The position numbers and the translations under genes are program-made. The notes beneath the pieces were generated by a model. That model made no database searches. It was not told the DNA's origin and saw only the letters and a program-made list of their open reading frames with translations. From assembly GCA_964464605.1 (NCBI GenBank), contig CAYXJN010000003.1:186001-250000 (forward strand): a stretch of 64,000 nt of DNA, in the 5' to 3' direction. Of this stretch, positions 56,721 to 64,000 are shown piece by piece (position 1 is the first letter of the stretch; every line of letters starts with the position of its first letter). This stretch comes from an uncultured Ignavibacteriales bacterium (GTDB lineage: Bacteria > Zixibacteria > MSB-5A5 > GN15 > FEB-12).

Positions 56721-58955
56721 ATGCGATTAGTAATTATTTCAAACCGTCTCCCGTTTACGGTTTCGCAGGAAAAAGAAAGGATCACGTTTTCGCCGAGCGT
56801 CGGCGGTCTCGCTACCGGCATTCGCACGTATCTTGATGGCTACGGAGACAAGGCACCACCGGGAACACCACCACTCTGGATTGGATGGCCCGGAATTACC
56901 GGATCGGCCGCCCAACAATCAGAAATTTCAGCGCTCGCGCTTCGCGACCATTCTGCCTTCCCTGTTTTCATTCCGAAACATACCATGGACAAATTTTATC
57001 ACGGGTTCTGCAACAAGACCATCTGGCCTTTGTTTCACTATTTTCCCTCTCTCACCGTTTATGATCCCGAATTATGGGAACAGTATAAACAGGTGAACCT
57101 GCTTTTTTTCGAAGCGGCACTGCAAGTCATACAGCCGGATGACACAATTTGGGTTCACGATTATCAAATGATGCTATTACCCGCGTTGCTGCATAAGCGA
57201 TACCCAAAGCTGGCTATCGGCTTCTTTCTACACATTCCCTTTCCGTCTTTTGAATTGTTTCGACAGTTACCGAAAGCATGGAGAACTGAATTGTTGAACG
57301 GCATACTTGGCGCCGATCTTGTCGGATTCCACACGTACGATTACACGCAGTATTTCCTGCGATGCGTCACCCGTATTCTGGGGCATGAGCATAACTTGGG
57401 TAGAGTGGTAACCCAAAGAAAAGTCACGCGTGTCGACACCTTTCCGATGGGAATAGATTTCGATCGTTTCGCCGCATCAACGGATATTCCCGAAGTTGTA
57501 AAAGCAAGAACCCGGTTTTCCCGAAGCGTTGGAAATACCAAAAGCATTCTCTCGGTCGATCGTCTCGATTACTCCAAAGGAATAGCTAACCGGCTGCTCG
57601 GATTCGACCGTTTTCTAGCCACGCATAAGCAATGGCACGGACGTATATCGCTCATCATGATTGTTGTGCCTTCGCGCGAAGCGGTCGACAAGTACCAGAA
57701 TATGAAACGACAGATCGATGAATTGGTCGGAGAAATAAATGGAAAATACGGTACATTGGACTGGTCACCGGTAAAATACCAGTATCGTTCCCTTCCATTC
57801 TCCAACTTAGTAGCGCTGTACAGCATGAGCGATATCGCGCTGGTTACGCCGCTTCGGGACGGGATGAATCTGGTTGCGAAAGAATATCTGGCATCGCGCA
57901 CTGATAACACCGGAGTTTTGATTCTCAGCGAAATGGCCGGCGTATCCCGTGAATTGGGAGAAGCGATACTCATCAACCCGAACAGTATTCAGGAAATTGC
58001 CGATGCGATTGCCGCTGCGCTTGATATGCCGATAGAGGAGCAAATTCAACGCAATACGGCCATGCGAACACGATTGCATCAGTATACGGTCAGCAGGTGG
58101 GCAGGTGAATTTTTAACCGAACTTGCGGAAACCAGAAATGAGCAGAACGATTTCGAACTGCAAATATTGACTGTGGACAAACGTTCGCGTATCGTTCGCG
58201 CGTTTCACGAAGCGCAACGGGCATTGTTGCTGCTCGATTATGACGGTACACTCGCGCCGTTCACCGATGCAGCCCATTTAGCTGCTCCGTCTGATTTTGT
58301 TGTAAGTCTTCTGAGGAAACTCAGCTCCGACACGCACTGTGAGATCTGTATTATCAGCGGTCGAGACCGACAGACGCTTCAGCGCTGGCTTGGCGACCTT
58401 CCAGTCGGTCTGGTTGCCGAACATGGTGCATGGAGTATGTTCAAAAATGAGGACTGGCAGCTTGCCCAGCAGATACGCAGCGACTGGAAAGTGAAGATCC
58501 TGCCCATACTCGATCGGTTCGTCAACCGACTCACCGGCTCATACATCGAAGAAAAGGAGTATTCACTCGTTTGGCATTATCGCCCGTGTGACCCGGATCT
58601 CGCCGCACTACGGGCAGCCGAGCTGGCCGACAGCCTTGTACAATTGACTGCAAACATAAACCTGCAGGTAGTCCCTGGAAATAAAGTTGTTGAAGTACGT
58701 ATTTCAGGGGTCAACAAGGGAATGGCTGCTACCCAATGGATTCGCAGAGAACCGTTTGATTTCATCATGGCCGTCGGTGATGACTGGACCGATGAAGATA
58801 TGTTTGACGTGCTACCAGCTGACGCATTCAGTATCCGCGTCGGTATGTCCCGAACACGGGCAAAATTCAATGTCCCCTTGCAGAGCGACATCATTTCACT
58901 GCTATCGGCCATGACCGGTACGGCCGCGCCATTACCAATGAAGGAGAATCGATGA
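56721..58955 (+). CDS. otsAB: Bifunctional trehalose-6-phosphate synthase/phosphatase
   Basis: SNRLP, GGLA, WIGWPG, WVHDY, FLHIPFP, VDRLDYSKG and RDGMNLVAKEY, plus HAD motifs LDYDGTL and GDDWTDEDMF. Confidence 0.95.
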   Translation: MRLVIISNRLPFTVSQEKERITFSPSVGGLATGIRTYLDGYGDKAPPGTPPLWIGWPGITGSAAQQSEISALALRDHSAFPVFIPKHTMDKFYHGFCNKTIWPLFHYFPSLTVYDPELWEQYKQVNLLFFEAALQVIQPDDTIWVHDYQMMLLPALLHKRYPKLAIGFFLHIPFPSFELFRQLPKAWRTELLNGILGADLVGFHTYDYTQYFLRCVTRILGHEHNLGRVVTQRKVTRVDTFPMGIDFDRFAASTDIPEVVKARTRFSRSVGNTKSILSVDRLDYSKGIANRLLGFDRFLATHKQWHGRISLIMIVVPSREAVDKYQNMKRQIDELVGEINGKYGTLDWSPVKYQYRSLPFSNLVALYSMSDIALVTPLRDGMNLVAKEYLASRTDNTGVLILSEMAGVSRELGEAILINPNSIQEIADAIAAALDMPIEEQIQRNTAMRTRLHQYTVSRWAGEFLTELAETRNEQNDFELQILTVDKRSRIVRAFHEAQRALLLLDYDGTLAPFTDAAHLAAPSDFVVSLLRKLSSDTHCEICIISGRDRQTLQRWLGDLPVGLVAEHGAWSMFKNEDWQLAQQIRSDWKVKILPILDRFVNRLTGSYIEEKEYSLVWHYRPCDPDLAALRAAELADSLVQLTANINLQVVPGNKVVEVRISGVNKGMAATQWIRREPFDFIMAVGDDWTDEDMFDVLPADAFSIRVGMSRTRAKFNVPLQSDIISLLSAMTGTAAPLPMKENR

Positions 58956-60025
58956 TGACTGAATTCACGACTGCACCTGGCAATTGGTTCCTGTTTCTCT
59001 CTACTGTATCGATCATTACAGTCGTTATTTGGGTTTTGCGTACAGTCGGTAGTCGATATCTGGCGGCGCTGGCAACAAGAACCGAAACTGAACTTGACGA
59101 CCTGCTGATTCGTACCCTCAACAAAACTCACATGGGACTTGTCCTGTTGATCGCTGTCGCGATCGGGCTGCGGTGGCTGGAATTACCCCCTCTGGCCCAC
59201 CAAATTGCGGCAATTGGCCTGAAACTCGCACTGTTCGCGCAAATCGCTATCTGGGTGCACCTGCTTTTGAATACGGCGATAGTCCGCCTGCTTCATCAAG
59301 ACGATGCTCAACGGGACCCAACCCAAATACCCGGGCTTCGCGCTGTTTCTTTCATATCACGATTAATCGTCTGGTCATTGTTGCTCCTGTTCGCACTCGA
59401 TAATCTCGGTGTCAATGTCGGTACCATGATCGCTGGACTCGGTATTGGCGGTATCGCTATTGCTCTTGCGCTGCAAAATACGCTGAGCGATTTGTTTTGC
59501 TTCGTATCGATCTTGCTGGACAAACCGTTCACGATTGGAGATTTCGTGATTGTAGGGGACTACATGGGTACCGTTGAACATGTCGGCATCAAAACCACCC
59601 GAATCAAATCGCTGCATGGTGAACAGATTATCGTGTCTAACAATGACATGGTCAGCAGCCGGATAAAAAACTACAAACGGATGGAAGAACGGCGGGTTTC
59701 GTTTACAATCGGTGTCGTATACGATACGGCAGCCGATAAACTTGCCCGGATTCCGGATATGATTAAACAGATTATTCAGACCGCGCCACACACAAGACTT
59801 GACCGGGTTCACTTTGCCCGATTCGGTGATTTCAGTCTTAATTTCGAATGTGTGTATTATGTGCTGACAAGCGACTACAATGCCTACATGGACATCCAGC
59901 AAAGTATCAATTATGCAACCTTCCGGAAGTTTGAAGCCGAAAGTATCGAATTTGCGTTTCCGACACAGACCCTGCATGTCAATTCACCGGTCAAAAACGC
60001 AGCGGAAAGCAAACCCCTGGCATAA
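58952..60025 (+). CDS. mscS: Small-conductance mechanosensitive channel
   Basis: AGLGIGGIAIALALQ, DKPF.IGDF, G.VE.VG.KTTRI and IEFAFPTQT. Confidence 0.93.
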   Translation: MMTEFTTAPGNWFLFLSTVSIITVVIWVLRTVGSRYLAALATRTETELDDLLIRTLNKTHMGLVLLIAVAIGLRWLELPPLAHQIAAIGLKLALFAQIAIWVHLLLNTAIVRLLHQDDAQRDPTQIPGLRAVSFISRLIVWSLLLLFALDNLGVNVGTMIAGLGIGGIAIALALQNTLSDLFCFVSILLDKPFTIGDFVIVGDYMGTVEHVGIKTTRIKSLHGEQIIVSNNDMVSSRIKNYKRMEERRVSFTIGVVYDTAADKLARIPDMIKQIIQTAPHTRLDRVHFARFGDFSLNFECVYYVLTSDYNAYMDIQQSINYATFRKFEAESIEFAFPTQTLHVNSPVKNAAESKPLA

Positions 60026-60047
60026 GCAATGTGTACGGTCATACCGT

Positions 60048-61289
60048 TTATCCGGCGACCAGACGATGCTGTAAACCGCTCTTGAGACCGAACAATAATG
60101 TCAGATACTCTCGTAAATGCCGGGTGAGCAGAAAATTTTCTTTCACAAATTGGTGAGCTGTTTTTCCCATTGCCCGACGCTTTTCCGGCAGCCGGAGCAA
60201 TTCACGCAGTCGCAGGGCCGCACCTTCCGGTGAATCGACCAGAAAGCCGGTGTAGTGATTGTGTACCTGAAGCCGAATACCGCCGGTGTTTCCCCCGATA
60301 ACCGGTTTGAATTTCCAAAGCGCTTCGGTGACAGTCAGGCCGAATCCCTCCTGAAGCGATTTTTGCACGATAACGGTCGATGCCCGTTGCAACGCATTGA
60401 TGGTGCGATGGGCATCATTAGGAAGCAGCAGGATAAAAATCCTCGGTACATCGGCGCTTGCATCTTTCACTTCACGGTACATCGCAGCTCCCTCAGGGTC
60501 ATCTGAGGCATCACCGCCGACAAGCATTAGTTGGGCGTTGGTACGCTGTCCCAGTAACTTAAACGCCTTGATAACTCCCACAGGATCCTTAAACCGATCG
60601 AATCGGGAAACCTGTGTGATTATCGGAATCGACATATCAACACCAAGCTCGGTAACGATTTTCTGGACATCACTTTCTGGCAGATTAACATTCTTCGAAC
60701 TCAATGGATCGATACTCGGGGCGATGATAAATTGCGGATGCGGAAGCGGCTGTGCGAATTGCGGCATGGAAAACACACTGGCATCGAATCCAACTACTCT
60801 ATCACGAACGAAATTCCAGATAGACCGCTCCGGATGACTGACATCGATATGGCAGCGCCAAACCCATTTCCCCTTTCGTCCTGAGCATAGGCGCAGCAAC
60901 CCGGCAGGCTGCGGATCATGTATAAACACAAAATCGGCATCTTCAAGATTTGGGCGCAATTTCTCCGCATTCTGCATCTGAATGTCGTCGTAATGTGTAT
61001 ATTGACGGGTTGTCAATGAAACCGACATACCCTGCAGCCCATTGTGAAATGATTTGGTAACAGCGAAAAACGGATCATCTCCTTCAATCACCTCCCATGA
61101 TGCATCAATATCTAAAGCCCGTAGTAACGGCACCATCCAGGCAAGAATTTCCGCAACACCTCCCCCTTTCCGCGTAGAATTGACATGAACTATCCGCTTT
61201 CCTTTAAGCGGAGCTGCCAACTGGCGTAACTGCGCAATCGCTTCTTCTCCGACAATCTGCGCATACTCGGTCAGGTCATGATGATTCAC
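60048..61289 (-). CDS. treT: TreT-like trehalose glycosyltransferring synthase (GT4)
   Basis: VHVNST..GGGVAEIL, FF.VTK.FHN.LQG, HDPQP, WRCHID, QVSRFDRFKDP and EGFGLTVTEA. Confidence 0.9.
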   Translation of the reverse strand: MNHHDLTEYAQIVGEEAIAQLRQLAAPLKGKRIVHVNSTRKGGGVAEILAWMVPLLRALDIDASWEVIEGDDPFFAVTKSFHNGLQGMSVSLTTRQYTHYDDIQMQNAEKLRPNLEDADFVFIHDPQPAGLLRLCSGRKGKWVWRCHIDVSHPERSIWNFVRDRVVGFDASVFSMPQFAQPLPHPQFIIAPSIDPLSSKNVNLPESDVQKIVTELGVDMSIPIITQVSRFDRFKDPVGVIKAFKLLGQRTNAQLMLVGGDASDDPEGAAMYREVKDASADVPRIFILLLPNDAHRTINALQRASTVIVQKSLQEGFGLTVTEALWKFKPVIGGNTGGIRLQVHNHYTGFLVDSPEGAALRLRELLRLPEKRRAMGKTAHQFVKENFLLTRHLREYLTLLFGLKSGLQHRLVAG

Positions 61290-61957
61290 GCGACACTCCG
61301 GCGTATGCGGGTGATGATTTCCTGTTTCAGTTCGGGAAGGGTAAGAAAATAAAAATCGATCAATTGTAATTCCTGCACAGCCCTGGCGTAGTTGTCACCG
61401 AATCGGGATAACCAGAAAGAAAAATCATCGGTACCAACCGGTTTTCGTCGATATGCCTCCACAAAATGATAGTAAATCGCGCTCAACGTCAGTTTTGGCA
61501 AAGCATCCTGTAACTGATCCGGTGATGCAATCCTGATGCCGCTGTCAAACACGACCGTGTACGCCTTCATAAACTGCAATTCCTGACCTCGTGGTGCCCA
61601 TGGGATCATGTTCAATTCGCTCAGACGAGTTTCGATAATATCGCAGGTATAGGTTCGAAGTTCTTCGAGATCTGTGAACTCGTACGGATTAATTGCACCA
61701 AGACGTTCCGCGAGCGCACGATCCCTGAGTACACGGCCTACCCACGCGGCAAAGTCATTCCTGAATTCCGGATCGTCGAATGAAGGACGCAGCACAGTTT
61801 CAAAAAAATGGTGAAACAAGCACTCCTGCTGACAGATTTGTACGCGGTGCAAAAGTTCCCGCAAATTCATAGCCGGTTGCACATTTCCCATTGAAGCAAT
61901 AAGCGCACAGTCGCAGACAACAAAGGGGGATACTTCTTTTGATTGCTGAACATTCAT
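61286..61957 (-). CDS. DUF5752 family protein (TreT-associated, OrfY-like)
   Basis: Two internal repeats (LFHHF...NDFAAWV and IYYHF...DDFSFWL); ATGA coupling to treT; ATG 61957 follows GAGG. Confidence 0.8.
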   Translation of the reverse strand: MNVQQSKEVSPFVVCDCALIASMGNVQPAMNLRELLHRVQICQQECLFHHFFETVLRPSFDDPEFRNDFAAWVGRVLRDRALAERLGAINPYEFTDLEELRTYTCDIIETRLSELNMIPWAPRGQELQFMKAYTVVFDSGIRIASPDQLQDALPKLTLSAIYYHFVEAYRRKPVGTDDFSFWLSRFGDNYARAVQELQLIDFYFLTLPELKQEIITRIRRSVA

Positions 61958-62204
61958 ACACACAAACCTCACACTACTATACGACAGAACGAACGATACA
62001 CGTGCCTGTCAAGCTTTTTCCGTACTGACATCTATTGTACCCGCTTACTGACAGTTGTTATTCAATTTCTTGATTAAAATTTTTGCCTCCGTCGTCCGGT
62101 ATCAATGATTTCGACCGTCTGTATACTACAAGACAAACGATTGAAAAGGTCTTCTTGACAATTTCATTCGACAATTGATAGGTTTATTCCAAAAGGAGAT
62201 TCAG

Positions 62205-62543
62205 ATGCCGGAATTTATGCTGCTCATTAAAGGTGGGGACTACGAGGGGATGTCCGCCGAGGAAAGCCAGAAAGTAGTCGAAAAATATATCGCCTGGGCA
62301 AGACAGCTTCGCGCCGATAACCGGATGAAAGGTGGGGATGAACTGCAATCCAATGGCCGGATACTTTCGGTACAAAACGGCGCGATTGTCGATGGGCCGT
62401 TTATCGAGTCCAAAGAATCGGTCGGCGGTTATTTTCTGATTGAGGCAGACAATTACAACCACGCCGTTGAAATCAGCAAGGGATGCCCAAGTCTATTGAA
62501 CAACGGAACAGTGGAAATTCGCCAGATAAGCGATTACAAATGA
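62205..62543 (+). CDS. YCII-related (DGPF) protein
   Basis: FMLLI, VDGPFIESKESVGGYFLI, CP and VEIR. AAGGAG RBS before ATG 62205. Confidence 0.92.
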   Translation: MPEFMLLIKGGDYEGMSAEESQKVVEKYIAWARQLRADNRMKGGDELQSNGRILSVQNGAIVDGPFIESKESVGGYFLIEADNYNHAVEISKGCPSLLNNGTVEIRQISDYK

Positions 62544-62555
62544 CAACAGGGCGGA

Positions 62556-63833
62556 ATGACTGAATCCTTTGACCGTTCAGTGCCGGAGTTGGTGGAAGGG
62601 GTCTTCCGCCGCTCGGTCGGTCAACTGACCGCGACACTGACCCGCGCAGTCGGGCATGACAAAATCGATCTGGTTGAGGAAGCAATTCAGGATGCGATTG
62701 TGTCTGCCTTAAAAACTTGGCCGCTTAAAGGAATTCCGGAAAAACCGGAAGCATGGTTATTCACTACCGCACGAAATCGGTTAATTGATATGTTTCGCCA
62801 ACGGTCGTCGACTGTTTCATTGGAAGAGATTGAACAATCTCTATTGTTTGGACGCTCAGCAAACATAACAGATGCAGAGACGCTGCCGCCGCTTTTACAA
62901 GATGATTTACATCGTTGTATCTTTGCCTGCTGCTACCCTTCTCTGCCGCGGGAAGCGCAAGCGACCCTGACTTTGCGATTGGTCTGCGGGTTCAGCGCGG
63001 CGGAAACAGCGCGGATGCTTCTGTTAAATGAAGAAACCGTTACCCGTCGAATCACTCGAGCGAAAGAAACATTCCGCAAAACAACGGAAACCGGATCGCT
63101 TTTTGAAATCGCTTCGGTAACTGAACGGCTCTATCCGGTTTTGGACGTTATCTATTTTCTGTTGAATGCCGGCCACACCGCACCGGAAGGAAATGAACTC
63201 ACCCGTCCCGATCTTGCTGAAGAAGCCCGCTATTTAGCGATGACTCTGGCAAACCATGATGCAACAGCCAAACCGGAACTATTCGCACTCTTGGCGTTGA
63301 TTCATTTCCATATCTCCCGCCTGCCTGCCCGGTTACATCAAAACGGGGAGTTATTGACACTTGAAGAACAGGATCGTGACAGATGGGACCAAACTGCCAT
63401 TGCAACAGGTATCGCGTATCTTGACAAGGCGGCCACCGGAATAAAATTAACCGAGTATCATCTGCAAGCCGGAATCGCGGCAGAACATGCGAAAGCAAAA
63501 TCATTCACGCAAACCAACTGGAAGCAGATTATCGAGTATTACGATATGCTTGGTGAAATCAACAATTCGCCGATTGTAACATTGAACAGAGCGGTTGCCT
63601 ATGCGATGTATGTTTCCCCTCAGGAAGCGCTAAAACAAGTAGATGGGCTGACTGCTCATCCGCAAATCAACAGGTATTATCTCTACCATGCCGTCCGTGC
63701 CGATTTATTGCGCCGCGATAATGAATGGAGCAAAGCAATTAGCGCTTATGCGCGTGCGATAGGATTAGTGAGTAATGATGTCGAGCGAAAATACTTAGAA
63801 CGGCGAATAGCCGAATGTCGAGCGCAAATATGA
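62556..63833 (+). CDS. ECF sigma factor with C-terminal TPR extension (ECF42/DUF6596-type)
   Basis: EEAIQDA..ALKTWP..GIP..PEAWL..ARNRLID, IFACCYP, LRLVCG, L.EQDR.RWD, YHLQAGIAA.H and LNRAVA. Confidence 0.92.
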   Translation: MTESFDRSVPELVEGVFRRSVGQLTATLTRAVGHDKIDLVEEAIQDAIVSALKTWPLKGIPEKPEAWLFTTARNRLIDMFRQRSSTVSLEEIEQSLLFGRSANITDAETLPPLLQDDLHRCIFACCYPSLPREAQATLTLRLVCGFSAAETARMLLLNEETVTRRITRAKETFRKTTETGSLFEIASVTERLYPVLDVIYFLLNAGHTAPEGNELTRPDLAEEARYLAMTLANHDATAKPELFALLALIHFHISRLPARLHQNGELLTLEEQDRDRWDQTAIATGIAYLDKAATGIKLTEYHLQAGIAAEHAKAKSFTQTNWKQIIEYYDMLGEINNSPIVTLNRAVAYAMYVSPQEALKQVDGLTAHPQINRYYLYHAVRADLLRRDNEWSKAISAYARAIGLVSNDVERKYLERRIAECRAQI

Positions 63834-64000
63834 TTACTTTTTCGCTAATGCTACTTTGAGCGCGAACGGCGTTACGAGTGTCGTGATAATTACCATGATA
63901 ACAATGGCGGAAAAGATGCCATCATCGATTACATGAAGCTGCCGTCCGATTCCTGCAAAAATCAACCCAACCTCCCCGCGTGGTATCATTCCTAATCCGA
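63834..64000 (-). CDS. 3' end of a cation:proton antiporter (CPA2); partial
   Basis: Hand translation GLGMIPRGEVGLIFAGIG...SAIVIMVIITTLVTPFALK* contains the GMxPRGE motif. Confidence 0.85.
   Translation of the reverse strand, partial: GLGMIPRGEVGLIFAGIGRQLHVIDDGIFSAIVIMVIITTLVTPFALKVALAKK

Overview
Bacterial chromosomal window, about 50% GC by eye and gene-dense. I found no CRISPR array, integrase, transposase or rRNA. A CC..G-dockerin-like C-terminal tag on a secreted protein suggests a Zixibacteria-like (FCB-related) organism, which is an inference. Core genes include mfd, ridA, a stand-alone motAB stator pair and initiator tRNA-Met. The rest is mostly accessory: an ArsR-DoxX-3xSRPBCC-DUF1428 operon with a 38-bp operator palindrome, a P1B-5-type ATPase, MacAB-like and RND efflux systems, many PAS/CHASE3/REC kinases and HD-GYP proteins, a LytS/LytTR pair upstream of an FG-GAP/TSP3/dockerin protein, VWA and barrel-less TonB-plug proteins, a two-pathway trehalose cluster (TPS/TPP, MscS, TreT, DUF5752) and a YCII-ECF42 pair. 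The two best candidates for something new are (1) an AT-rich, antitoxin-less AbiEii/MenT-type nucleotidyltransferase fused to a WYL domain and a Zn-finger, preceded by a coupled 21-aa mini-ORF, which may be a single-gene sensor-effector defence system, and (2) a Sec-secreted fibre with a peptidase-S74 chaperone, built from a ~48-aa repeat I do not recognise and carrying a tail-tube-like peptide. Sigma28, sigma54, ECF and LytTR motifs read directly from the DNA suggest several regulons. All domain calls come from motif recognition, not database searches.
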